A DNA stretch of 64,000 nt from Cyanidioschyzon merolae (Eukaryota). The first letter of the stretch is position 1, and every line of letters begins with the position of its first letter. The DNA lies in NCBI GenBank assembly GCA_000091205.1, contig AP006501.2. One strand, given 5' to 3'. The notes under the pieces are model-generated. The model was not told where the DNA came from. It did not search any database and saw only the letters and a program-made list of their open reading frames with translations. The position numbers were made by a program, and so were the translations under genes. Below, piece by piece: positions 46,542-57,659 of this stretch.

Positions 46542-47573
46542 TCAAAGGGTCTGTCTGGCAAGCGTACGGTACCGATTTGTGGCCTCCACCAAATGTTTCT
46601 GCGTTCCCGGTTCCATTGCAGAATGTCCTGCGTCCTCAACAACAACAAATGCTGCGTTCGGGAGCTGCTTCTTCAAGAGCCACGCGGTCTCGAATGGGCA
46701 AACAATATCGTAGCGGCCCTGGATGATAGTGCAGGGAATATTTTGCAGACGAGCGCACTGGCTTGGCTCCAGAAGCCAACCATCACGTTCAAAGAAACCA
46801 CCATGCATAAAATAATGGCATTCGATCCGCGCGAAGGCCTCAGCGAATTCCGGCGTCTCGAATTTGCGCGCAACGTCGGCAGCTGCGCGGAGGTGCGAGG
46901 TTCGGCCCTCCCAGATGCTCCAAGCACGCGCGGCTCGCAGTCGCTCTTCCATATTTGCGGAGGTTAGTCTCCTGTAGTACGCCTCAGTCAAAGCAAGTCG
47001 GGCCTTTTGATCCACGCCAAGCGTTTGCTCTCCTGGCGGCGCCTGAAATGCTCGCTCCTCTGGTGGAATGACCTCGACAAACTCCTGCCAGGCCTCTGGG
47101 AAAATGCGATCGGCGCCCTCGCCCTCATAGAACCAGGCGAGCTCCCGGTGTCGCAGGGTGAACACACCGCGCAGTACCAGCGCAAGGACCATCTCAGGAT
47201 GGGTCACAGCAAAGGTTAGTGCAAGGGTCGAGCCCCAAGATCCCCCGAAAACCAACATTTTCTCCCTAATGTCGAGATGCAGGCGTAGCCTCAGGATATC
47301 CTCGACCAAGTGCCACGTCGTATTCTCCCGCAACTCTGCGTGAGGCGATGATTTACCACTGCCCCTCTGATCGAACAGAATGATCCTATAGTGTTGTGGA
47401 TCGAAGAACTGACGGTTCACGGGTTCGATCCCGCCGCCAGGACCGCCGTGGAGGAATAATGCCGGCGTGCCCGTTGGATTTCCAGCCTGTTCGTAATAAA
47501 TCGTGTGCAGCGACGAAACCTGCAGAAACCCAGAGTCAAATGGCTCAATTGGCGGATAAAGGAAGGTTTTCAT
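46542..47573 (-). CDS. Proline iminopeptidase (S33 alpha/beta-hydrolase)
   Basis: Reads MKTFLYPPIEPFDSGFLQVSSLHTIYYEQAGNPTGTPALFLHGGPGGG...FDQRGSGKS...VFGGSWGSTLALTFAVTHPE.... The ATG is at 47571..47573 on the minus strand. The upstream 133 codons of the track ORF are unconserved. Confidence 0.8.
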   Translation of the reverse strand: MKTFLYPPIEPFDSGFLQVSSLHTIYYEQAGNPTGTPALFLHGGPGGGIEPVNRQFFDPQHYRIILFDQRGSGKSSPHAELRENTTWHLVEDILRLRLHLDIREKMLVFGGSWGSTLALTFAVTHPEMVLALVLRGVFTLRHRELAWFYEGEGADRIFPEAWQEFVEVIPPEERAFQAPPGEQTLGVDQKARLALTEAYYRRLTSANMEERLRAARAWSIWEGRTSHLRAAADVARKFETPEFAEAFARIECHYFMHGGFFERDGWLLEPSQCARLQNIPCTIIQGRYDIVCPFETAWLLKKQLPNAAFVVVEDAGHSAMEPGTQKHLVEATNRYRTLARQTL

Positions 47574-49352
47574 CGACAGGTGCCTTGTCCGTTTAGCTGC
47601 GTTCGCGTTGCCCCTCAAGACGCAGAAACGATTGCGTCGCGACAACCAAAGTCGTCCCTGTACAGATAGCAGGGTGCGTACGCGTGACACCTGCCGCCCA
47701 CCTCGAGTCGAAGCGAAACGAATCGCTAAGTTTGCAACCCGAAATTCACTCTGTATCGAGCGCTGTCCGGTAAACCAGCCGACTCCTGCGTTCCGGCAGT
47801 GAGCAACGAAACATGCGTGCTGCATAGAGCGCCGATCCGTGCACACAGGCGTTCTGGGCATCAGCGCGCGCTGATCTTCATCCATGCGGCGCTGTCGCCC
47901 GCCAAGTGATGGTGATACCGCATCGCTGCACGTAAGCAGGATTCCGTCGAATGCTTGATTGCTATCGATCACTAGGGAGCAGCGTAGCGTTTCGCGCTAG
48001 CCAATGCCAGGTTCCAAGAAACTCGCGCAAGACTCGTCGTTGGGATGGTGGATAGATCGATGTATCCGGGGAAACGCCGGGTTGCTACGCGGTATGTGGA
48101 CGCTGAATGCGCCGCCGCTTCGGACGCCATTCAGGGACAAAACAGCGTAAAGTCGCTTTTCGACAGGCTTCAGCTTGAGGCAGTCAGAATCTTTTCGCTT
48201 CGTCGAGCGCGTGCTCGAGTCGACGCCCACACAAGGGTATGACAAAGCCGTTCTGGCTGCGTACGGTATCCGCGACGGCGTTAGAGGCACCGCAGAAGGT
48301 GCGCGCCGGAGGCTTGGCACGCAGCGCCTCCCCGGAGCTTACCGTGATGCCTGCGAACGCGTGTGCGCGCGATCGCGTTGCTGCCGATGCCGCATGTGAT
48401 GATTCCCTTTATGCGAATACGCCGCAGCTACGGGATACACGGGACAGCGCAGCCAGGAATGAGCACGGGTTGAGAGCCAGATATTTACCGCTGGTCATCG
48501 AAGCGCTCAAGCTCTCCGATGCGCGGCACCATGGTGACCGCGTATCATGGAATGCGCGACCCGACCAGAGAAAAGAGAGCATCAGCGTCGTCCGATTTGG
48601 GTCCAACGCGATCCCCGATAATCCTGCCAGTCGGTGAGATACTCCCAAACATGCGCATTGATCCGGGGGCACTGGTCATGAAAAAAAAAAGCGAATTTCG
48701 AGACAAAATCATCCCTGACGATCACGCTTCACCATGAACGCACTTCTCTGCGCAGTTGCCAGACGTTCGCACGAACGCAGCGCACCAGTTCGAGCGCTTC
48801 ATAACAGGGGCTTGAACTCGTGGCGCCCGCCAGCGAGGCAAACTCCTCACATCAGAGCTCATTCTCGATGCTTTGCTGTACTCTACAAAGTCTGTTTTGG
48901 AACTTTGGACGCGGGTTACCCATCGGCAGCAGATGCGCTTTTGGGAGATTCCGGGGAAACGCACCAATCATAGGTCGGAAAAACGTGCCGCGCTTCGAAC
49001 TGCGACGCAATGCAGTGCGCCCCGTCACGCGGGCATCTCGTGGAACCTGGCAGCTTCGGGAAGGAGTGGTTGTTGCGTTCTGAGACGCCCACAGGCCTTG
49101 GGGCTATCAGGGTCGACTGGTGCGTTCTTTGAAATTGGACCATATAAAATAACTCTGGCAAACCCGTACAGAGAGCGCTGAGGCACTCGCGACGTTTGTT
49201 TTTCGAGGTCGCTGGGGAGGTGCGGCTGTGGCTTGCGCTTGCGCATCAACGTCTAAGAACAGTCTGTTTGCGGCACTTCGAAAGAAAACTTTGCAGCCGA
49301 TCGGCACAGAGCGTTTCACAAATCGATCCCAATCTCGGAAGCACTGAACTGG

Positions 49353-49610
49353 ATGCGCTGTCGCATTACGCGGGCCCGACTAGTTGCGGCGTGGACCTGG
49401 AACGCGAACGACGACTTGTGTGGCATATGCCGTCTTCCTTTCGACGGGACCTGTAACGCATGCAAGACGCCAGGAGACGACTGTCCTTTGGCACTGGGTG
49501 AATGCAGGCACGCTTTCCACCTGCATTGTATTCTCAAGTGGCTTTCCTCGGAGACGTCGCGGAACCATTGCCCTCTATGTCGACAGGAGTGGCAGTTTCA
49601 GCAACGGTAA
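49353..49610 (+). CDS. APC11: Anaphase-promoting complex subunit APC11 (RING-H2)
   Basis: Shows WTWNANDDLCGICRLPFDGTCNACKTPGDDCPLALGECRHAFHLHCILKWL...HCPLCRQEWQF. ATG at 49353. Confidence 0.8.
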   Translation: MRCRITRARLVAAWTWNANDDLCGICRLPFDGTCNACKTPGDDCPLALGECRHAFHLHCILKWLSSETSRNHCPLCRQEWQFQQR

Positions 49611-50353
49611 CAGCAAGCGAGCAAGAGCAGAGTACAGCAAGAGACGCTCGCGTACGGCGGCGGGGCACAGAGCGGCACGTGACCAGAAGGGTAAAGCGAC
49701 GCACCATCGACCGCTATGTCGCAAGAAAACACATTTTGTGGAGTCGCTTTGATGAAGGCATTCAGATGACCTGGAATTCTTTCTACGAAGTGACGCCAGA
49801 GCCGATCGCCTTGCATATTGCTACGCGATTTCAGACCAGAATAGCGGACTCTCTACTCGTAGCCGACCTCTTTGCAGGCGTCGGGAGTAATGCGATCGCG
49901 ATGGCAAGACTCTTGACCAAAGACGCACCTCAGCGTTTGCCATACGTTGTTGCCGTGGACCATAACGCGGTCAAGTGCGAGATGCTACAACAGAATGCGC
50001 GTATCTATGGCGTTGCACAGCGGATCGACGTCGTTATTGGCGATGCATTCGCGTTCGTCCGGCGCTGGCGGAGAATGTTCGACGGGGGTTTTGCGAGCCC
50101 GCCCTGGGGTGGACCCGCCTATCGACGCCGTCCAGTTTATAATTTGGATGCCATGCGGCCATACTGTGCTTCAGAAATTTTTCGCTTGGGGTGGCAAGTT
50201 TCGCCGAATTTCGCAGTCTTGCTGCCGCGCAATAGCGACGTATCGCAACTGGCCGAGATTGCACGGAGGCGCCCCCTCGAGGTTGAAGAGAACTGGTTGG
50301 AAGGTCGACTGATCACGCTTACTGTTTACTCGGGTGCACTTGTTCAGCCCTGA
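49577..50353 (+). CDS. Trimethylguanosine synthase (TGS1)-like RNA cap methyltransferase
   Basis: Shows ...ILWSRFDEGIQMTWNSFYEVTPEPIALHIA...VADLFAGVGSNAIAMA...VVAVDHNAVKCEMLQQNARIYGV...DAFAFVRR...DGGFASPPWGGPAY (the SPPWGGP motif). The start is uncertain. In-frame ATGs at 49502 and 49577 both overlap the APC11 ORF in another frame. Confidence 0.6.
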   Translation: MSTGVAVSATVTASEQEQSTARDARVRRRGTERHVTRRVKRRTIDRYVARKHILWSRFDEGIQMTWNSFYEVTPEPIALHIATRFQTRIADSLLVADLFAGVGSNAIAMARLLTKDAPQRLPYVVAVDHNAVKCEMLQQNARIYGVAQRIDVVIGDAFAFVRRWRRMFDGGFASPPWGGPAYRRRPVYNLDAMRPYCASEIFRLGWQVSPNFAVLLPRNSDVSQLAEIARRRPLEVEENWLEGRLITLTVYSGALVQP

Positions 50354-51726
50354 GTTGGGTATGTATTCGATGGAAGCGAAAGTTTTCAGCATGATTGCTC
50401 ATCTGGGAAAGCGGACATGACACCCATTCGATGGAGGCGAAAGTTTCAGCGTGATGGCCCTTGCCGGAACGGTGTGTATCTGCCAGGGTCTGAACCGCCT
50501 TCCAGAACCCGGGTTACAGCGGTTACCCTGCACACGTGACGCGCGGTTCACGCTTGACCTTAGTGCTACGCAGCAGAAATGCGCTGCCGGCTGTGGGCAT
50601 ACTTGAAGGCTCCGTTCTCGGGTATGCGTGTAACCTGCCTGTCCATTGGTAATCAGTGAGTCTGGAGCCAGATCTTCTACATAAATTGAACAGACCACCT
50701 CTGTGATAATTGCGTTTTTTACGGTGATTAGTTTTGGAAGAATTTGCCACTGGCTGCCGCCTCATCATCTGTGTAGGTCGTATACTGCGTAACGCCGAAT
50801 ACTGGAGCATTACTATCGTTTCTCAATTTGTCTGGAGAATCGTTCCTGGTATATACATAAAACGCTGCAGGCTTTCTGGATTCCTGAACCAAACTATACC
50901 AAAGCTTTGCTCCAGGCGAGAATCCAATGTCCTCTCTCTTGACCACTGGTTTTCTTTTATTGAAAAGGCTAAGTATTTCAGCGCAACGCTCACTCCAGGG
51001 ACCAAATAATTCCTTCGAGCGTTCGCTGGGTGGGAAACCGCGGAACGCGCCGGAACCACGAGACACTGCAACCGTTGCTCGAGTCGTTCAAGTTTCGATG
51101 GAGCAACTGCTTGCGACGAGGTGCTCCATCACGAGAGAGGCTGAGCGAGCCATCGTGGAGTCAAAAGCTATGCTATGCCTGAGACGGCGTCCTGCGAATT
51201 ACTGTTTAGAAGATCCTCTCGGTCGATATGTTTCAGCAGGGAGGCTACGACAACGGTTTCAGACTAGTTTTTTTGGCTCCGACAATTGTGCCGCCTGGCC
51301 CTCATTTGGGAGGGTCTTTCTCTTCTTTTGTGTAGTGGTTTCTTCTTCTCCCTCTTCATGTCGCCTCATCACCATACATATCTACGATACAGTAACTGTA
51401 CATCCTTTCAGTTCTTCGACAGAATTTCTTAGAAAAAATATGGAGTTCAATGGACTGATAATGACAGAGTCAGGTAGATAGCGTTTCATAAGTTCTATTT
51501 CGGATACATGGCGCTCAGAACAAGGACAAGCCGAAGGGCGGTTCATCCGCTCGCTAAAACAGATTGACTGGCTTGTGCAAGCACGGTCGTTTTTCCATGC
51601 TAGCAGTCACTGCATAACGCCTTCCTCGACATTTCTTCAATCTACAGGGCACATGCCTTCAGTTGAATACCTCCGGGAAAAGCAAACAATACCAAAAATG
51701 GTGCGCTGGCACTCGTGCTCCATAAA

Positions 51727-52596
51727 TTACCGCTCAAGATGTAACCTGCCGATGCGGAGTTGTTGCGCAACATGATCATAGAGCACTCGAGCCTGTTCAG
51801 CGCCGATTCGCGGAATATTCCGCTGAAGCGCTGCAATGAACGCCTCCTGGTCCTTGTTCAACCATGCCTCGTCGTACCGAATCGCTGCTCCGAAGAACAT
51901 GTGCTCGCATTCGCGCATCTGCTTGCTCGCCTCAACTAGACCGAGCCCCAGGTCCTTTGCCAGTCGTTGACGAAGATGCGGCCAAAAATTCTCGTAGAGC
52001 GCTTGAGAAACCTGACGCCCAAACTCTCCCTCGGCACGTAGACGGTAGATGGTCACCCACAAGTGCAAAGAGGTCAGCTGCACCCACGCTGCCAGTGGCA
52101 CGTCGACCGGTTTGTCCCCGCTGATCTCGCCATACAAACGCCGCTGCCACGCTTCGACCTCTCGCAAAGTGTCGCGATACAGAGTTTTACCGAGGCGCAA
52201 CGCCTGTGACTCTTCGGAGTAATAGCCGAGCACGCGCAGTAGGAAGTTTGGTTCGTGTCTCTGCGCTGCGAGGCCTATTCGTTGGAACCAGGACGTCCAC
52301 CAGGATTGCGTTCGCCCTGGTTTTGTCGACAATGTCAAATCTTCGCCTTGATCAGATGTTGTGGCTGCATTGCTCTTGTTTACAGAGCCAGACGTCCAGC
52401 GTTGCTGCACTCGAAGCGCGTCAGCAGCGCCGCAGCGTGACTTGAACCCACGGACGCACCGTTCAGCGGTACGCGTCCCGGAAAACTTCGAGGTCTGCAG
52501 CTGAACTAATAGCGGCGCGCTTTCATAAATACGTCGCAACGTCCGAGCGCAACCTGCGGAGACGCTCCACGAGGAAAGTCCTACCCTGCTGGACAT
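51727..52596 (-). CDS. Ubiquinol-cytochrome c reductase assembly chaperone CBP3/UQCC1-like protein (tentative)
   Basis: The C-terminal pattern TSLHLWVTIYRLRAEGEFGRQVSQALYENFWPHLRQRLAKDLGLGLVEASKQMRECEHMFFGAAIRYDEAW fits the Ubiq_cyt_C_chap domain layout. ATG confirmed at 52596. Confidence 0.5.
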   Translation of the reverse strand: MSSRVGLSSWSVSAGCARTLRRIYESAPLLVQLQTSKFSGTRTAERCVRGFKSRCGAADALRVQQRWTSGSVNKSNAATTSDQGEDLTLSTKPGRTQSWWTSWFQRIGLAAQRHEPNFLLRVLGYYSEESQALRLGKTLYRDTLREVEAWQRRLYGEISGDKPVDVPLAAWVQLTSLHLWVTIYRLRAEGEFGRQVSQALYENFWPHLRQRLAKDLGLGLVEASKQMRECEHMFFGAAIRYDEAWLNKDQEAFIAALQRNIPRIGAEQARVLYDHVAQQLRIGRLHLER

Positions 52597-54873
52597 GCAC
52601 TAGCTACATGCCGAACGAACTAGATGATTTGGTGCAGAAACATAGATGCGGGGTTGACCGTCGAACAGAACAAAACGGACAGCTATTCACGTTAAGCACT
52701 GCGGGCTGCGCGCGTGCCTCCCCAGCGCAGACGCTGTGCCGGCTGAGAGAAGTCCTCCAAACAATTCCGCTTATTGACACATTGTCCCTGTTTGAAGAGA
52801 CTCCAGAACAACCAGCTGCGTAGGGAAGCTCAAGTGCTTGCCAGTATTGCATACCCTCATATCACAATCAGATTGTAATGGAGTATTGAACTGCTCGCTC
52901 TGTTCCTACATTACTCATTTTCCCTGAAATTGGTTGACATATACGGAATCGACGTTCAAAGTGCAGTAATAAGGGCGTATGGATTCATACGTGGTTTTAA
53001 AGGCTCCTGGTATTCTGCTTGGATTTGCTCCTTCGACTCTATGCCAGCACCAAAATTCGTTGGATAACCGGCATCAAGATAATTCGCGACGCATTCGAAT
53101 ACAGGTTCTTCACATGACAGATATGATTCTCCAGTTCGTAAGTGCAAGCCGCAGATCTTCCCGTTTCCTTTCGTGGAGCAAGCTCAAATCACACATGCTT
53201 TAACGATCCGATCGCTGGGTTTCAGGGTAACTCTTGGGAGCGGGAATCCGCGGCGATGGATTGCTGGCGAAAAAACTCTTCGTCGTTCCGTGATGCGTTC
53301 TTCAAAAGCCCATAATGCAAGTTCGCTCAGCTTGCCACATCGAGTCATTGATATCGTTCGAATGACAAATTCTCCTGTCTTTGTGGCCATCTGGAAAACT
53401 GGATCCCACGGCAATATGACACATGTCGTGCTACATGCTCGCAGGATCTCCCGTCTCTTGTGTTTGCATGAAAAACGGTCTAAGGCTTGGACATTCATCA
53501 CCGCAACGTTCGCCTCCAGGGGAGAAAGCTTCAACGCTCTATACAAAGTGAACGTGCACGGGCCGAAAGTTCTCGACTTGTTCTACTTCCAGTACGCTCC
53601 GTCCGAGAGATGCCTCAGTATGAGCGTCACCTCGTTCCACAAATCCTCTATCGAATGGTTAACGCTGCGCATGCGTGTGCAGCGGTCAACGTACTCACCG
53701 GGGAGCTCGCCCGGAACAAGCCCGTGATCCAAGGGTACTGCACCGGGCGCAGAAGCGGGTGAGAGCATCGAAAGGATCGCTCTGTAAGCGTCAAGCGCAT
53801 GTACCAAGCGATGAAGCAAGCATAAGTGGCGCCACAGGGCGGCGATAGGCATTGGAGCTCGAGGTATGGTGTCCATTTGAGCGCACATCACCAGAGCCAA
53901 GCGTTACTGTTGCGAAGGGCGCACTGAGGCTGTCTAAAAAAGATGAAAAGTGCAAGCGGAGCGTCGATCGCAACTTCCGCCTGTGCATGAAATGCGTCGC
54001 CAACAGCCGGAAGCAGAAAAATCGGGACTTGAACACCGATATCGACACCCTTCGACCGCTAGCAGCGGAACTAGAGAGAGATCCGATTATTTACATTCTG
54101 AGATTAACGAGGGGAAAAAGAAGCACTCGCAGAAAAAGCCTGCAAAGGCTACTTTTCATCACATCGGGAAGCAGCCCAGCTTGTAGCGCGTATGCCCGAA
54201 TGAACCAGGTCTACCCGTACCATCAAAGTCTGACATGGACGAGATCATAGAACACAAAGCCGCTCTTCAGCAAAACACCATGTAACAATTGTAGAGCACT
54301 CCATTGCTCCAGCTTTACAGAGAAAAGCGTCCTCAATATACTCGATAGCGAAAGCACACAGGGCGTAGGGGCGCTTTTCTGGGGTGCGCGGCGCGTGCCG
54401 AGCCGCCCGGCATCCTGGACGCGGTCGCTGCTCTCGATAGGACACCGTGCGCGCTCGGCGCTGTTTCGTTCAGGAATGAGCGTCTGCAACTTGCCCTGAA
54501 CGCAAACACGCCTTAGTGCTATCTTTCCCTGTGATTCAATCGTGTCCGACACGCCCATGCGTCGAGCGCTCGAAGTGTTCTCCAAGTATCCTGCAGTGAA
54601 GTCGGTTTCCCACCGCCCCAGTGCGTCCCGAATCTTTTACGCGACCTCAGATTTGAAGTGCATACCACTAGACTTGTGGTTATCACCCAGGCACTTGTTC
54701 TCCTGATCCGCTTCTGTGCACGGTTCCGCTGGGAGGGATTATCGCTTCATGCGCCGAGGCGTCTGCTTCGCCGCAAGCCGCTCCTGAACATGCCGCCAAT
54801 CGGTGGCTACTCCTCCAGCGTCCACCAGCCTCGTGCACAAGGACCGGCCCCCGAGCATGACCCCCATCTCTGC

Positions 54874-55545
54874 TTATGACACCTCTGACCGCTTCTTAAA
54901 CAACTTCGCCACGAAGGGCACTGCTGCAACCGTAAGCGGGAAACGCAGCGGTGAAGTGGCCTTGTGTGCAATATATGCAAGGGCCACCGTGCCCACCTGC
55001 GGTGAAAGTTGATCCAGTACCGCCGGCCGACCGAGAGGTGTTTTCGCCAACAGGTCTCCAATGCTTTCCACAAATTGCCTTACATCAACGCCAGTGCTGA
55101 CCAAGACGTAGAAAAAGGTGAATGATACTGCCGCGAACGAAATTGAAGTCCCCAAATACACCGGTCCGTAGAGTGTGAGGAGCTCCTTCGCAATTTCCTT
55201 GCTCGTTCGTTTTTCACGAACTTTCTTCTGCTGTTTCACTTTTTCCTTTTCGTCAACGTTCATCCGGTAACTTTGGAACGTTGCAGGTCGCACCGCGAAC
55301 CGTGCACGCTGCCTCCAGGTTACAGGTGCCGAGCGGTACCCGTTCACGCTCCGCCTTGTGCCTTCAAGCGCTTGGGCAGTCGCCTGGCTACGTGAGACGG
55401 GCACTGGTGCCACCAAAAATCCACATAACATACGCTCTCCCTGCATTATGTTTTGATACGAAGCACAGACTGTCATGAACGCACACGCACACAATACCCG
55501 CAACTTCGTTGAACGCTCTTCGTTCACGATGGAATCACGACTCAT
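54874..55545 (-). CDS. DUF1279/FAM210-like mitochondrial membrane protein (tentative)
   Basis: ...KEIAKELLTLYGPVYLGTSISFAAVSFTFFYVLVSTGVDV...GTVALAYIAHKATSPLRFPLTVAAVPFVAKLF matches the DUF1279 pattern. ATG confirmed at 55545. Confidence 0.45.
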   Translation of the reverse strand: MSRDSIVNEERSTKLRVLCACAFMTVCASYQNIMQGERMLCGFLVAPVPVSRSQATAQALEGTRRSVNGYRSAPVTWRQRARFAVRPATFQSYRMNVDEKEKVKQQKKVREKRTSKEIAKELLTLYGPVYLGTSISFAAVSFTFFYVLVSTGVDVRQFVESIGDLLAKTPLGRPAVLDQLSPQVGTVALAYIAHKATSPLRFPLTVAAVPFVAKLFKKRSEVS

Positions 55546-55886
55546 CGCAGAGCATCATTCGTCGTGATGATGCGCTGGGGAGCGCGCGCCGCTGCACTGG
55601 CGCCGTGCCGGGACCCATGGCGTCGACGGCGACGATGCGCAGCGTCGATACGCGCGACGTCACCTGCTCCCAACTGGCCAGAGCGCATTCGGTTAGGCGT
55701 ACGACCTGGACGCGTCGAGAAGAGGCGCAGGCCTTTAGTGTATACCGTTTTGGAGTCTTGCTCTTGAGCTGCGATTGGAGCGTCGGTTAGTGGATTCGAG
55801 GACGAGACCCTTGGACGTGGTTCTTTGAGCAGGGCATTGACGATAAGTGGGCGTCGGCGGCGCGTGTTCTGCATAGAGGCCTCAAC

Positions 55887-56792
55887 ATGAAACGAGTGCT
55901 CGTTATGTCGACTCGCGGCATCGGGAACAGAGGCAGACACTTGATGCTTGATCTCCGTACAATAATGCCTCACTCAAAGAAAGAACAGAAACTGGACACG
56001 AAAGATCGGCTGGATACAGCGAACGAGGTCGCTGAACTACACTCGTGCGAGGGCTGCCTCCTCTTCGAGGCACGGAAGCGAAAAGACCTCTATCTTTGGG
56101 CGGCGAGGACCCCACGGGGCCCCACAGTACGCTTCGAAGTGCAGAATGTGCATACCATGGGCGAGTTGAGCCTCGTAGGGAATGCGTTGCGGGGGTCGCG
56201 TCCGATCCTCGTTTTTGATCAAAGCTTTAACGAGAACGCTGCAATCCATGTGCAGCTCATCAAAGCGTTGTTATCGCAGATATTCAGCGTTCCGTGCGGT
56301 CACAAGAAATCACAACCATTCGTCGATCGAGTTTTAGCGTTTATGCATACGCCAGACGGGCGCCTTTGGGTGCGTCATTATCAGATCCAGCTGGAGGCGC
56401 TACGTCAGCAGAGCAAACGAATGCCCGCAGTACGCGCGCTTTCACAGCTTGTCTCGGGGGAACAGGCATTCGATACAAACACCACACATTTATCTGCAGA
56501 GGATATGCAGGCGTTGGCGGAAACCTTGGTCGAAATCGGGCCGCGGTTCGTGCTGCTGCCGATCCGAATATTCGCGGGTAGTTTCGGCGGAAGAACACTG
56601 TGGGAGAATCCGGACTACATTTCTCCTAATATGCTGCGGCGAGCGGCAAGGATACGTGGTACCGTTGCTGTGCGAGCCAAGCGCCATACCAAACGGGCAC
56701 GTCGGGAAGCCCAACTCGAGAAGGCGCTCGCAAACCTGCCTGTTGACGAACTCGCAGATGTTTTCGAGAGCGGTGAAATCGAGCCCTCTTGA
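55887..56792 (+). CDS. BRX1: Brix-domain ribosome biogenesis protein BRX1
   Basis: Reads KRVLVMSTRGIGNRGRHLMLDLRTIMPHSKKEQKLDTKDRLDTANEVAELHSCEGCLLFEARKRKDLYLWAARTPRGPTVRFEVQNVHTMGELSLVGNALRGSRPILVFD. ATG at 55887. Confidence 0.8.
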   Translation: MKRVLVMSTRGIGNRGRHLMLDLRTIMPHSKKEQKLDTKDRLDTANEVAELHSCEGCLLFEARKRKDLYLWAARTPRGPTVRFEVQNVHTMGELSLVGNALRGSRPILVFDQSFNENAAIHVQLIKALLSQIFSVPCGHKKSQPFVDRVLAFMHTPDGRLWVRHYQIQLEALRQQSKRMPAVRALSQLVSGEQAFDTNTTHLSAEDMQALAETLVEIGPRFVLLPIRIFAGSFGGRTLWENPDYISPNMLRRAARIRGTVAVRAKRHTKRARREAQLEKALANLPVDELADVFESGEIEPS

Positions 56793-57659
56793 TGGATATG
56801 AGTATAATGGCCAACTCGAGTGGCGAGCTGTGCATCCATGTGGCGGTGAACGAGTCCCGAAACGGTCGCTTGCTGAATACAGTCTACCTGTGGTCGACTT
56901 GTGCGCTGTTTCGGGCGCTTCGCAGAGTAGTCTCTGCTTATGCGTGCTCTGTCGGTCCGCCAATGCGGCTCGCGTCGAAGAGGGTATACAGCTGCTGAAA
57001 ATGTTCACCACGGTCGGTGTTCAGAAGTCTCTGCTTGTGCGTGCTCTGTCGGTCCGCCAATGCGGCTCGCGTCGAAGAGGGTGTACAGCTATTGGAAATG
57101 CTCGCCTCGGTCGGTGTTCAAAGCATCTGCGAGGAGGCCCTGCTGCCGTCCCAAGCGCAACAAATGCCCCAGTTCCGATCGTAGGAGCCATCCCGTCGCA
57201 GGTGCGCTGGTTTCACGCTCATTGACTGTTTTGACGGCGACGCGCTGGCGTGCAGCACTTGGTGACCCATGGGACGCTTCCAGACATCCGCGGTTCCGTT
57301 CAGCGCTTGCCTTTACGCCGTCCTGGTTCAACGGGAACGTCAGTCATCTCGAAACGGCAGCGTGTACCTACTCTGGTTTTAGGCTTCACGAGCGTGGATG
57401 AGCGGCTCACTAGTCGCTGCCTTGTCCCTAATGCGTCAGCATTCCACTTCCACGTGTCGAGCGTAGCACGTTAGGGTCTCCCTATCGCTAACTCGAAGCT
57501 GGTCCCCGGAAGCAGCTCTCTCCAACAGAGCCGCATCCCAGCTGAGGAATCAGCGCAACAGTTACAGCGACCAGGCGTTCACAACTCACTGTGCTCTGGG
57601 GGACTGCAGAACACGCAAGTCCATGGAATACTCTGGTTAATGGCGTGCAATCAAGATCA

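Noticed and set aside
47415-47435. tRNA T-arm-like gggttcgatcccgcc
   Set aside because: It lies inside the proline iminopeptidase coding sequence (encoding GGPGGGIEP on the opposite strand). No acceptor or anticodon arms accompany it.
52956-53147. DAGYP motif reminiscent of PIF/Harbinger DDE transposases
   Set aside because: The neighbouring ORF fragments do not supply the other Harbinger motifs (G.DGTH, ER.FG.LK.RF) in the right order. The match is a single short motif.
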